Source: Eledone cirrhosa
Lineage: Eukaryota
DNA: 64,000 nucleotides
Assembly: GCA_964016885.1 (NCBI GenBank)
Contig: OZ024758.1
Span: 248,001-312,000, forward strand
Reading direction: 5' to 3'
Within the stretch, counting starts at the first letter, position 1. Each line of letters begins with the position of its first letter. Of this stretch, positions 8,381 to 21,903 are shown one piece after another. Below the pieces are notes generated by a model. It had not been told where the DNA came from. It worked only from the letters and a program-made list of their open reading frames with translations, and did no database searches. Made by a program: the position numbers and the translations under genes.

Positions 8381-9021
8381 TATGTATGTATGTGTATATG
8401 TATGTATGTATGTATATGTATGTATGTGTATGAGATGCAGTTTGGTTTTGTGCCGCTGAAAAGTGCAACAGATGCCCTCTTCTTAGTGAGACAACTACAA
8501 AAGAGGTTCTTAGAGAAAAATAAGCCACTATACTTAGCTTTGGACATAGAGAAGGCTTTTGATAGAGAACTCTTATAAATGACAACATATATATATGTGT
8601 GTGTATATATATGTTTTTTTTAAAACTATATATTTATTACTCCCTTAAGCAGAAGAAATATATTCCCAGATATCGAAGATTACCACAATAACTAGGGAGC
8701 GGAAATCAATAGATGCTGGACATTGCTGCTGAGGGTAGGATGACCTGATGAGCTGGCTCCTGTGGTGGATACCTAAACATAGTAAGACCCTAGTGGGATG
8801 ACTGAGGTTCACCTACATACATCAGATGTCTCTGGATCTCCAGCTGGAGATTAATGATCTCAGGAATGCCATGAAAAATCGTGACATCTAAAAAAGAAGA
8901 GTAGAATTGTTCTGGCCAATCCACCTGACCTAATAAACAATAATAATATTAATATATATTGATGAAAATTAATTATGGTGAAATATCTTAGAAATCATTC
9001 TCAGAGGTTTTGTATTGTAAT

Positions 9022-11023
9022 CCACACTTGCTCCTTGTGGCTTCTGATGCAGACATCATGTCCGCCATCAGGTCCTTCCCAGCTAGCAGCTGCGGTGATG
9101 TTGATGGTCTCTGACCAGGCCTCCTCAAGGAGTTGATATCTCCCCTCTCCGCTGAGGCCGGGCGCCGCCTTCTGAGTGCAATTGTGGCGCTCACCAATAG
9201 GCTCATCCATGGCGCCCTGGACTCTTATGCTCGAGGCCTCTTTTTTTCAGCCAGCTTCACCGCTCTCAGGAAGAAAGAGGGTGGCATACGCCCCATTGCT
9301 GTGGGCAATGTCTTCCGGAGGCTGGCTGCCAAGGTAACCTGCAAGTCCGTAACACTCGGAACCGGCATCCAGGGACTCCAGCCACCTCATTGTCAAGTTT
9401 GACATGAGGAATGCCTTCAACTCTTTACGCTGGGATCATCTGCTCGAGGCCTGCCTCAGCCGAGCCCCCTCTGCCTAGCTGTCATATGGAGCCCCGAGCA
9501 TGCGACATGCTGCTGATGCGGTCATACCCTTGGCTACTGGGATCCAACAGGGCAACCCTTTGGGACCCCTCCTGTTCACCCTTGGTATTGACCACATCGC
9601 CCGGAGTATAACGGCCCCTCTCAACGTTTGGTATCTGGATGATGCTACTTTGGGTGGGCCCGTACAGGCGGTCTGCCATGACCTTCAATCGGTGGTTCCT
9701 GCGCTGGCGGGAATCGACCTCCAGGTCAACTCAGCCAAGTCGGAGGTGGTGAATGTCAGCCTCGATGCTGCAAGCTTTGCAGTCTCCGTCTTGGACGTGC
9801 GGTCCATTCTCCGCCAGGTTCAGGTGACCCCCAAAGAGGATGCCCTCACCGATCCACCCGCCGGCCATCCGATCCACCATCAAGTTCAGACTCTCACGAG
9901 CCGACTGGGCTTGATTGATGGCCACCCAGTTCTCTTTCTGCTGAGGAACTGCTACGCCATGCCGAAGCTCCTCTATACACTCTGTGCTACACCCAGACTT
10001 GTATCCGAGCAGCAGCCGATGAGATATGCAACTTTACCTATCAGGTATGGCGACCTTCGCCTCCAGTCCCCGATCTCACTAGCTTTGCCGGCGTATCTTT
10101 CGTCGGTAACCTCGTACCACGTCCACCTCAGCAGGGTTCTTCAAAACACAACAGAACCCTCTGTGTTCAGAGAACGCGTGGCCGCCTGTGAGACGTGGCA
10201 CCGGCTGGGACTTTCCCCAGTAGACGTTCCTCCTCCTTCTCCCCCTGTTGACGTCAAGTCCCCCCAACACACTTGGGATGCCATCCAGTGCAGCCTGGCC
10301 TCAGACAGGCTCACGTGCCAGCTCGACCAGCACCGCCTTGTTTGTTTTCGTGCGGCCTCCAAACCCCACAGTGGGGCCTGGCTCCATGCCCTGCCCTCCT
10401 TCTCCACTCGCACGCAGCTAGACAACCATAGCTTGCGCATCGGCGTTTCCCTGAGGCTCGGCCTCACACCAATGTCGCTGCCGTTCCACCATGGACTCTT
10501 TCGGCCTCCACCCGCTTTCCTGTCGCCACAGTGCCAGCCGCAATCCACGCCATGCTGCCCTCAACGAAATCATTAAGCATGGCTTGGACGCTGCAGGCTT
10601 CCCTTCCCAGCTCCAGGGGACGGCAAAAGGCCAGATGGCATGACCATCTTCCCGTTCCGCGGTGGCAAACCCCTCGTCTGGGATGCCACTTGCACCGACA
10701 CTTTCTGCAGCCGCAACCTGGTGCAGTCTGCGACTGGCCCAGGTTCTGCTGCACGTCAGGCTGAGAGGGCCAAACTGCTCACATATCGTTCACTCTCCGA
10801 CAGGTTTGCGGTCGTACCCCTGGAAGTGGAGACTTCTGGTGTCCTCGACCCCAGGGCTACCTCCTTACTCAGCACCATAGGCGCTGAGCTGGCCAGTCGC
10901 AGGTGTGAGCCCCGCGAGTTGGAGTGGCTTTTCCAGCGCGTCTCCCTTGCCGTGCTCCGGGGAAACGCCTTCTCCATTCTGTCCGCCGGGGCTGTGGGTG
11001 GGCCCCATCGCGTACCGTTATAG
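9022..11023 (+). mobile_element. CRE-clade retrotransposon, copy 2 (most divergent; retains RPDG and CCHC)
   Basis: As copy 1; AGGCCAGATGGC encodes RPDG; extra TAG near 9476; 34-bp 3' extension. Confidence 0.88.
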
Positions 11024-12038
11024 TTGTTGAAGAAGAAACAGGGAGACAACAACTGGAATGTATACAAAACAACTAAATCTCTTAAATAACTTCACTTATA
11101 TCCAAAATATGATTTGTATATACATCAACAGTGACTCATTATTATACGCCAGTCACGACCCCACTGCAAAAACGATATCTATATAACAACCCCACCGTAA
11201 AACTACTCTTCCCCACTTTACAAACACTTTATATTATTTGTCATTAAGGTTTCTTAAAATAAATATATATACGTATGTGTAGTAATTAGTACGGAGACTG
11301 AGAGAGAAGGGGCGAGTGTGTCTTCATGGAGGGCACATGGGACCAGCAAAGCCCTAAAAGTAGAGACCAGTAAATGAGATAAGGTCCTAGCTATGTTAAG
11401 AATATAAATAAGAAACATGTTCTATACATTTAAGAAGACAAGAGAAACATGTTCTAAACATTTAAGAAATAATTATTTACCTCTTTCATGTCGGTAATAT
11501 AGCGGTGTTATAAAACTAATTATAACGACCGGTGTTAAAATAGAGAGAGATAGACAGATAAATGTGTGTCACACTCTCACCCTCTCTTTAAATCTTTTAC
11601 ACTATCTTTACATCTTTTACTCTATCTCCCTCTTATTTCTATCTGTGTACATATATATGTGTATGTATGTATCTGTCTATGTGTAACTCGGTGTACTGGA
11701 GCAATATGAGGTGAAGTGTCTTGCTCAAGAAGACATTTTGTGGAGTTATATCATCGTTTCTTGTTATAAAGCTACTTATACTACCGGCGTAACAGTGGCT
11801 ATAGGTGATAGATGTAGAAATAAAAGGCTGTAACAGCGATATAAATATAGATGAAATAGTTTACCACGAGACTAAGAATGAATGTTTAATGGAATTAAGT
11901 GTAATCTAATAGGAAATAAGAGGCTAGAACAGCGAAATGTTTACGTAAAATAAAAGAACAACAAACAAGAGTGCAACATTGAAATTTTTGTTTTATTTTC
12001 TCGATATAAGCGTTATTTTATGCGCGATTTGCCTTGCT

Positions 12039-12151
12039 GCCGGCGTTGATCAGTCAGTAGCAGCCCCGCTTACGAAGTTCAGGAGCCAATGACTTTACAT
12101 GGTTCGAATCTCACCCTCTCCGCTCTTGTCGAGTTATCTCCTACTCTTTTT
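12039..12151 (+). ncRNA. Candidate Pol III tRNA-like unit, type-2 allele (GCCGGCGTTGATCAG), copy 2; hairpin at 12256-12327
   Basis: Same TATA/A/B/T5 layout as 6064-6176. Confidence 0.45.
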
Positions 12152-12793
12152 ACTTAGTTCCAGGTCATTTAAATAGAGCAAAGAGGTTGCGGCGATCGGC
12201 ATATGCACTGGCTACAATGTTGAACTTTGGTACTGACTGCATAGTTGAACGTTCCACATACCAACCGCCCAACTGGCCAGTCAACCGCAAATACGGCTGG
12301 CTGGCCGGTTGGGTAGTTGGCATATGTACTGACTGTCAAGTTGAACGTTCTAACCCTCTCTTTACATCTATTGCTCTATCTACCGCTTATTTCTCCCCCT
12401 CTCTTTACTTCTATAACTCTATCTCCCACTCTCTTTACATCTATTACACAGTGTCTCCCTGTATATATACACGTATATATGCACTAGATTTTATAAGAAA
12501 TCTACGTAATAATATAATTAACAATAGTTGATGAATTAGACCAGAGTTAATTAAACAATAAATATGAATGAAATAGCAGTAGATGGCGAAACTTGAGTGT
12601 TGTGTGTGCATACATATATATGAGGTAAACTGGTTCAAATACTGTCAGGATTATATTGGATCAAAGACTGTATTAAATAGAAAGTAAAAAATGAAGTGAA
12701 AATATAAAAACAAACTGAAAATTTCCCCATCCCTAGAAAAATTCATATCTTGTTATATATAGATAATTGGCGCTTTAAATTGAATAAATATTC

Positions 12794-12837
<44 letters not shown>

Positions 12838-13278
12838 GTACACTGATATATATGTGTGTGTATATATATATATATATGTATGTGTATATGTGTACATATG
12901 TATGTGTATATATATACTAATATATATATATATATATCAACTTCATCATACGTCCGCTTTTCCATGCTTGCAAGGGTGGGGTGGGAGCTGATTCTGGATT
13001 GGTTTCTACAGCTGGGTGCCCTTCCTGACGCCAACCCAGTTTGCAGTGAGTGCTGGGTGCTTTTTTTTTTTCCGTGGCACCTCCACGTCAGCTTTACAGA
13101 GCGGGCTGGGTGCTTTTTTGCCGTGGCGCCTCCACGACCACTTTACGGTGGGGTGGTGGGGTGGTATGTGTATACCCAGCCCATTGTCATTTCCCACCCA
13201 GAAAAGTTCATAGCACCGTTCTTTACCCACGATGAATCTAGCAGACCCACCCCTCCACCTGGTCTCTTGAATACAACA

Positions 13279-14430
13279 GTGGTTTCACTAAAATAAAAAT
13301 TAAATTAAATTAAATTAAATTAATTATATTAGATAAATAGACATTGGGGTTCTCACCAAAGGTTTTCAGTTATTTCTAAGAGATGTAAAAGGAAAATTAA
13401 AAAAAGATTAATAGGACACATTAGACATGTCTCCAAGCAAGAATTGAACTTACAGACAAGGATCTCACCATCTCTGGTACTTCCCACTAAGCCACCAAGA
13501 CTGCTACAAAGGTCTATTGAAAATTAATATTTATAAACCTACTTTCAAAATATAACTAATTTAATTAAAAATAAAATAAAATAAATAGACATTGGCGTTC
13601 TCACAAAACTTTTTCAGTTCTTTTTTCTAAGAAATGTCAAAGGAATATATATATATATATATTTTATTTTTAATTTTATTTTGAAAGTAGGTTTATAAAT
13701 ATTAAATTTCAGTACATCTTTGTATCAGTCTCGGTAGCTTAGTGGGAAGTACCAGAGATGGTGAGATCCTGTTCTGGGTGTTCAATCCTGGTCTGAGGGT
13801 TGAATTGGGGACTCGGGTTCAATCCTGGTCCATGAGATACATGTAAGGTGTCATGTTAATCTTTTATAATTTTCTTTCTATATCTCTTTGAAAAAGAGAA
13901 CCCCTATTTATTTAATTATATTGAATTTAATTTTTTATTTTAGTTAAATTGTCGAAAACACTGAAGATCTAAAGGTTGAGGAGACAATATGTCTATTTTA
14001 TCTGTCTCCTCTAACTTTAGATCACCAGTGGTTTTGACAATTTAACTAAAGTAAAATAAAATAAAATAAATTAAATTATATTAGATAAATAGACATTGGG
14101 GTTCTCACCAAAGATTTTCAGTTTTTTCTGAGGAAAATTTAAAAAAAGATTAACAGGACACATTACAGCAATGATTGAACTCCCAGACCAGGATTGAACC
14201 TACAGACAAGGACCTCACCATCTCTGGTACTTCCCACTAAGCCGCCAAGACTGCTACAACGGTCTGCTGATAATTAATATTTATAAACCTAATTTCAAAA
14301 TAAAATTAATGTTATTAATTTTATTTAAAAATAAAATAAAATAAATAAACATTGGGGTTCTCACAAAACTTTTTCATTTTTTTTCTAAGAAATGTCAAAG
14401 GAATATATATATATATATATATATATATAT
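13279..14430. mobile_element. Palindromic (foldback/MITE-like) element with tRNA-type A/B boxes in each arm, plus one extra arm; bounded by (TA)n
   Basis: Arm a 13279-13660 and arm c ~14027-14430 are direct copies; arm b 13661-13986 is inverted. Central 46-bp stem 13941-13986 / 14003-14048 with a 16-nt loop. A box TAGCTTAGTGG 13735-13745; B-box-like GTTCAATCC 13780-13788 and GGTTCAATCC 13816-13825. Confidence 0.7.
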
Positions 14431-16355
14431 CATCATCATCATCATCATCATCGTTTAACGTCCATATTCCACGCTTGCATGGGTTTGGACGGGAATTTTC
14501 CCACTTGAGGCAAGAGTGGTTGTCTTGCTCGCATAGGACTGTCTGGCGGGTTTTCTACAGCTGGATGCCCTTCCTAACACCAACCGCATTTACAGTGTGG
14601 GACTGGGAGGTTTTTACCGTGTTACCTACACGGCCACATTACTGCGTGGACTGTGTTTTTTTTTTTTGTCGTGACACCTACACGCCCTCATTTGTTTCGG
14701 CCTGGATGTTGTGGCACCAACATAACTTTACATTGAAAGGGGCGGTGTGGATGGGGTGGGGGTGTATTTTGTTAGAGGTGCCTACTGACTGTAGTAGGTT
14801 TTACTTTGTATCTAGGTAAGGCGGGTCTTCTCTATTACTGAGTACCGCCAAAGATCTCGGTCCAGTGACATTGTCTTGGAGAGGTGTAAGTGTGTGAGGT
14901 CGGAATTTATCAAGTCGTCCCAGGTTTTTCTGGGTCTGCCTACTCCGTGGCTACCGTCTATCTTTATTGCCCTGCATTTTTTTTATACAGCTGTCGTCTT
15001 TCATCCGCATCACGTGGACCATACCAACGTAGTCTTCTCTCGAGTACACAACATCTGATCCCTCTTATTTCTAATTTTTCCCTTAGTTCGTTTATGCTTT
15101 GCCGTTCACATATATTACTATTACACATCCAGCGAAGCATGCAAGCTTCGTTCCTCTCTAGTCTGCGTATATCCTCTGCACACAATGCCCAGGTCTCACT
15201 GCCATGCAACATTGCTGTTCATATGCAGGCATCATACAACCTGCCTTTCATTTTTAGGGAGAACCCTTTAGCGGCTAATAGTGGTATAAGCTCTCTGAAC
15301 TTTTTCCATCCAGTTCTGACTCTAGCTACTGTACTTTCAGAGCACCCTCCCCCACTGCTGATTTTGTCACCCAGGTAACGGAAGCTGTCCACTATTTCTA
15401 TAGAACCCTCTGCGCAATTGAAAGAGCTAGTATTTTGTGGGCACTTGCTGCTACTTATTGCACCAGAGCACCGGCCACATGTAAAATCTATGTTCTTAGT
15501 TAGCTTACCTGTGATCCCACTACATCTTTTATGAACCCATACTTTGCATTTGGGACATAAAATGGAGTTTCTACCTACGCCTTTCCTACACACTGAGCAT
15601 GGCCATTTCCCGGAAGGGACCGGCGCCTTATTTTCTTTCCTACAAACTAGAACTTTAGTCTTAGCCAGGTTAATTTTAAGGCCTTCTGATTCTAGGCCTT
15701 GCTTCCATGTTTGGAATTTCTTCTCTAGCTCGGCCATTGATTCAGCTATGAGCGTTAGATCATCTGCGTATAGGAGTTCCCATGGGCAGCCGGTCTTGAA
15801 CTCCACTGTTATAGCCTGAAGGGCAATAATAAATAGTAGGGGGCTAAGGACGGAGCCCTGATGAACACCAACTTTTACGCTAAACTCTTCACTATATTCG
15901 TTGTTAATTCTAACCTTGCTGACTGTTTCTTTATACATGGCTCGTATAGCTCTCACAAGCCATTCCTCAACACCTAGTTTTCTAAGAGCCCACCAGATAA
16001 TGGAACGGGGGACTCTGTCGAAGGCTTTCTCCAAGTCAACAAAAGCTAAGTATAGGGGTTTACTTTTAACTAGGTACTTCTCCTGTAGTTGTCGTACAAT
16101 GAAAAGAGCGTCTGTGGTACTTTTACCTGACACAAACCCGAACTGCATTTCATCTAGATCAATTCTCTCTCTGATTAGTTGCGCTATTACTTTTTCCGTG
16201 ACCTTCATGACCTGGTCGATTAATTTAATGCCTCTATAGTTACTCCTATCTAGGGCATCTCCTTTACCCTTGTAACAGTTAATGATGATGCTGCTACGCC
16301 AGTCCTTCAGAACAACCCCATTCTGTATGACTTGGTTTACTATCCGGGTGACCAT
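14431..16355 (-). mobile_element. RTE-clade LINE, 5'-truncated: RT + PHD-type C4HC3 finger + 3' UTR + (GAT)n tail; one premature stop and a downstream frameshift
   Basis: ORF 15219-16475 (TE-derived from M at 16355) has YRGIKL, QFGF, DLEKAFD, GVHQGSVLSP, YADD and FRYLG. It continues after TGA at 15219-15221 as MLHGSETW..RRLRWYG. (CAT)n on the + strand at 14431-14451. Confidence 0.95.
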
Positions 16356-18817
16356 TACGTGTATACATCTGAAAATGTATATATGTATGCAAAGATATAA
16401 GTAAACATACATGTATACATATAGATGGACAGTTATGCATATACAATAACTTATTTCTATACATACATATACCACAAGTAAGGCATGGTGCTGCCAACTA
16501 ACCAGACCTCCCTCATAATGGACCAGCTAGATCCCAAAATACAGGCCTGCTTGCCAACACACAGTCCCAATAAGTGTAAGTTACAGCGCAGCTATCTGGA
16601 CAGACTTGTCTTAAGACTACACACTATCCCACTACATCTTTTGTATACTATATATATACTGTTTATATATATATATACTATATATATATATACTGTTTAT
16701 ATATATATACACACATATAATTGTGTATTCACACATTATCTTAGTAATGAAATAATTAATAATTTTAGTAAATTGTTCAAAATTCTTCATTAACCCTTTT
16801 GGTAGAAACCCAGCCAAAATTAGTTCTCGTACTATGGAAATGGTTCCTATCTAAATTAAAGTCTTCCAACAAAATTCTATATAACAACCATATGGTAAGT
16901 TACTATGTTAGTAATTAACTAACAATTGTGATAAATAGCTCAAAATTATTCATAATTAATTGAATTATAAGGTTCATAATTATAATAAAATCTTCAAATA
17001 GGCTACGAAACCGGTAAACCTGAAAGGTACACAACACACACACATTGCTATAGCGTTTCACCAGCCCCTTCCTTCCTGAATTATTACAGAGATGTGTGTG
17101 TATGTAATAATTATTTGTATAATGTGTGTCTATTTATGAATATGTATGAGTAGATGTGTGTGTGTGTATCACAGTAGATGTGTATGTAACACAGTAGATG
17201 TGTATATGTAACAGAGTAGATGTGTGTTTGCATGTAACTCAGTATATGTGTATGTAACTCAGTAGATGTGTGTGTGTAACACGGTAGATGTGTGTGTGTA
17301 ACACGGTAGATGTGTGTGTGTAACACGGTAGATGTGTGTGTGTAACACGGTAGATGTGTGTATGTAACAGTAGATGTGTATGTATGTAACACAGTAGATG
17401 TGTATGTATGTAACACAGTAGATGTGTGTATGTAACACAGTACATGTGTGTGTATGTAACTCAGTAGATGTGTGTGTATGTAACTCAGTAGATGTGTGTA
17501 TGTAACACAGTAGATTGTGTGTATGTAACATAGAAGATGTGTGTAACACAGTAGATGTGTGTGTATGTAACACAGTAGATCTGTGTGTATGTAACTCAGT
17601 AGATGTGTGTGTATGTAACACAGGTGTGTGTATGTAACACAGTAGATGTGTGTATGTAACATAGTAGATGTGTGTATGTAACACAGAAGATGTGTGTGTA
17701 TGTAACACAGTAGATGTGTGTGTATGTAACTCAGTAGATGTGTGTGTATGTAACACAGTAGATGTGTGTGTAACACAGTAGATGTGTATGTAACGCAGTA
17801 GATGTGTGTGTATATAACCCAGTTGATGTGTGTGTATGTAACACAGTAGATGTGTGTATGTAACATAGTATATGTGTATGTAACTAAAGTGTAACGTACG
17901 TTACAAATGGACGACAAAATGATTTTAACTTGTTTTTTAACAATTGATGGTGGAAAAGATTTTAAATTGTCTTAACTCAGACCATAAAGGGCCGCAACAC
18001 ATGGAGTCTGACACTCTTACCGGCTACATAGCCTGGGCGTCTATTTTACCGCGACCGGCTACATAGCATCTTCCTAAAATCTTCCAACATAATTTTATAC
18101 AAGAACCACATGTTAAGTTACTAATAAAATAATTAATAAATAAAAACATTAGTAAGTCCTTCAAATGATATCTCAGTAATGAAATAATTAATAATTGTTA
18201 TAAATACCTCAAAATTCCTCATTAATTAAACCTCATTAATTAATTAAGCCGCTGAAAAGTGCAACAGATGCCCTCTTCTTAGTGAGACAACTACAAAAGA
18301 GGTTCTTAGAGAAAAATAAGCCACTATACTTAGCTTTGGACATAGAGAAGGCTTTTGATAGAGAACTCTTATAAATGACAACATATATATATGTGTGTGT
18401 ATATATATGTTTTTTTTAAAACTATATATTTATTACTCCCTTAAGCAGAAGAAATATATTCCCAGATATCGAAGATTACCACAATAACTAGGGAGCGGAA
18501 ATCAATAGATGCTGGACATTGCTGCTGAGGGTAGGATGACCTGATGAGCTGGCTCCTGTGGTGGATACCTAAACATAGTAAGACCCTAGTGGGATGACTG
18601 AGGTTCACCTACATACATCAGATGTCTCTGGATCTCCAGCTGGAGATTAATGATCTCAGGAATGCCATGAAAAATCGTGACATCTAAAAAAGAAGAGTAG
18701 AATTGTTCTGGCCAATCCACCTGACCTAATAAACAATAATAATATTAATATATATTGATGAAAATTAATTATGGTGAAATATCTTAGAAATCATTCTCAG
18801 AGGTTTTGTATTGTAAT

Positions 18818-20795
18818 CCACACTTGCTCCTTGTGGCTTCTGATGCAGACATCATGTCCGCCATCAGGTTCTTCCCAGCTAGCAGCTGCGGAGATGTTGA
18901 TGGTCTCTGACCAGGCCTCCTCAAGGAGTTGATATCTCCCCTCTCCGCTGAGGCCGGGCGCCGCCTTCTGAGTGCAATTGTGGCGCTCACCAATAGGCTC
19001 ATCCATGGCGCCCTGGACTCTTATGCTCGAGGCCTCTTTTTTTCGGCCAGCCTCACCGCTCTCAGGAAGAAAGAGGATGGCATACGCCCCATTGCTGTGG
19101 GCAATGTCTTCCGGAGGCTGGCTGCCAAGGTAATCTGCAAGTCCGTAACACTCGGAACCGGCATCCAGGGCCTCCAGCCACCTCATTGTCAAGTTTGACA
19201 TGAGGAATGCCTTCAACTCTTTACGCTGGGATCATCTGCTCGAGGCCTGCCTCAGCCGAGCCCCCTCTGCCTACCTGTCATATGGAGCCCCAAGCATGCG
19301 CCATGCTGCTGATACGGTCATACCCTTGGCTACTGGGATCCAACAGGGCAACCCTTTGGGACCCCTCCTGTTCACCCTTGGTATTGACCACATCGCCTGG
19401 AGTATAACGGGCCCTCTCAACGTTTGGTATCTGGATGATGCTACTTTGGGTGGGCCCGTACAGGCGGTCTGCCATGACCTTCAATCGGTGGTTCCTGCCC
19501 TGGCGGGAATCGACCTCCAGGTCAACTCAGCCAAGTCGGAGGTGGTGAATGTCAGCCTCGATGCTGCAAGCTTTGCAGTCTCCGTCTTGGACGTGCGGTC
19601 CATTCTCCGCCAGGTTCAGGTGACCCCCCAAAGAGGATGCCCTCACCGATCCACCCGCCGGCCATCCGCTCCTCCATCAAGTCCAGACTCTCACGAGCCG
19701 ACTGGGCTTGATTGATGGCCACCCAGTTCTCTTTCTGCTGAGGAACTGCTACGCCATGCCGAAGCTCCTCTATACACTCTGTGCTACACCTAAACTTGTA
19801 TCCGAGCAGCAGCCGATGAGATATGTAACTTTACCTGTCAGGTATGGCGGCCTTCGCCTCCAGTCCCCGATCTCACTAGCTTTGCCGGCATATCTTTCGT
19901 CGGTAACCTCGTACCACGTCCTCTTCAGCAGGGTTCTTCAAAACACAACAGAACCCTCTGTGTTCAGAGAACGCCTGGCCGCCTGTGAGACGTGGCACCG
20001 GCTGGGACTTAGCCCAGTAGACGTTCCTCCTCCTTCTCCCCCTGTTGACGTCAAGTCCCCCCCAACACACTTGGGATGCCATCCAGTGCAGCCTGGCCTC
20101 AGACAGGCTCACATGCCAGCTCGACCAGCACCGCCTTGTTTGTTTTCGTGCAGCCTCCAAACCCCACAGTGGGGCCTGGCTCCATGCCCTGCCCTCCTTC
20201 TCCACTCGCACGCAGCTAGACAACAATAGCTTGCGCATCGGCGTTTCCCTGAGGCTCGGCCTCACACCAATGTCGCTGCCGTTCCACCATGGACTCTTTC
20301 GGCCTCCACCCGCAATCCACGCCATGCTGCCCTCAACGAAGTCATTAAGCATGGCTTGGACGCTGCAGGCTTCCCTTCCCAGCTCGAGGGGACGGCAAAA
20401 GGCTAGATGGCATGACCATCTTCCCGTTCCGCGGTGGCAAACCCCTTGTCTGGGATGCCACTTGCACCGACACTTTCTGCAGCCGCAACCTGGTGCAGTC
20501 TGCGACTGGCCCAGGTTCTGCTGCACGTCAGGCTGAGGGGGCCAAACTCCTCACATATCGTTCACTCTCCGACAGGTTTGCGGTCGTACCCCTGGAAGTG
20601 GAGACTTCTGGTGTCCTCGGCCCCAGGGCTACCTCCTTACTCACCACCATAGGCGCTGAGCTGGCCAGCCGCAGGTGTGAGCCCCGCGAGTTGGAGTGGC
20701 TTTTCCAGCGCGTCTCCCTTGCCGTGCTCCGGGGAAACGCCTTCTCCATTCTGTCCGCCGGGGCTGTGGGTGGGTCCCATCGCGTACCGTTATGA
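18818..20795 (+). mobile_element. CRE-clade retrotransposon, copy 3 (26-bp deletion in CCHC region)
   Basis: Homologous ORFs at 18929, 19200, 19708 and 20412. Confidence 0.88.
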
Positions 20796-21790
20796 ATGTA
20801 TACAAAACAACTAAATCTCTTAAATAACTTCACTTATATCCAAAACATGATTTGTATATACATCAACAGTGACTCATTATTATACGCCAGTCACGACCCC
20901 ACTGCAAAAACGATATCTATATAACAACCCCACCGTAAAACTACTCTTCCCCACTTTACAAACACTTTATATTATTTGTCATTAAGGTTTCTTAAAATAA
21001 ATATATATACGTATGTGTAGTAATTAGTACGGAGACTGAGAGAGAAGGGGCGAGTGTGTCTTCATGGAGGGCACATGGGACCAGCAAAGTCCTAGAAGTA
21101 GAGACCAGTAAATGAGATAAGGTCCTAGCTATGTTAAGAATATAAATAAGAAACATGTTCTATACATTTAAGAAGACAAGAGAAACATGTTCTAAACATT
21201 TAAGAAATAATTATTTACCTCTTTCATGTCGGTAATATAGCGGTGTTATAAAACTAATTATAACGACCGGTGTTAAAATAGAGAGAGATAGACAGATAAA
21301 TGTGTGTCACACTCTCACCCTCTCTTTAAATCTTTTACACTATCTAACTCGTACTTCTCACACTCTCTTTAAATCTTTTACTCTATCTACCTCTCATTTC
21401 TATCTGTGTATGTATGTATGTATCTGTCTATGTGTAACTCGGTGTACTGGAGCAATATGAAGTGAAGTGTCTTGCTCAAGAAGACATTTTGTGGAGTTAT
21501 ATCATCGTTTCTTGTTATAAAGCTACTTATACTACCGGCGTAACAGTGGCTATAGGTGATAGATGTAGAAATAAAAGGCTGTAACAGCGATATAAATATA
21601 GATGAAATAGTTTACCACGAGACTAAGAATGAATGTTTAATGGAATTAAGTGTAATCTAATAGGAAATAAGAGGCTAGAGCAGCGAAATGTTTACGTAAA
21701 ATAAAAGAACAACAAACAAGAGTGCAACATTGAAATTTTTTTTTTTTTTTTGTCGATATAAGCGTTATTTTATGCGCGATTTGCCTTGCT

Positions 21791-21903
21791 GCCGGCGCTG
21801 CTCAGTCAGTAGCAGCCCCGCTTACGAACTTCAGGAGCCAACGACTTTACATGGTTCGAATCTCACCCTCTCCGCTCTTGTCGAGTTATCTCCTACTCTT
21901 TTT
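21791..21903 (+). ncRNA. Candidate Pol III tRNA-like unit, type 1, copy 3; hairpin 22008-22079
   Basis: Same layout as copy 1. Confidence 0.5.

Noticed and set aside
16356-16475. N-terminal 40 aa of the 418-aa RTE ORF as a genuine start
   Set aside because: It is read-through of TA/CA-rich flank. The element is 5'-truncated, lacks its endonuclease and has a downstream stop, so it is not an active gene.
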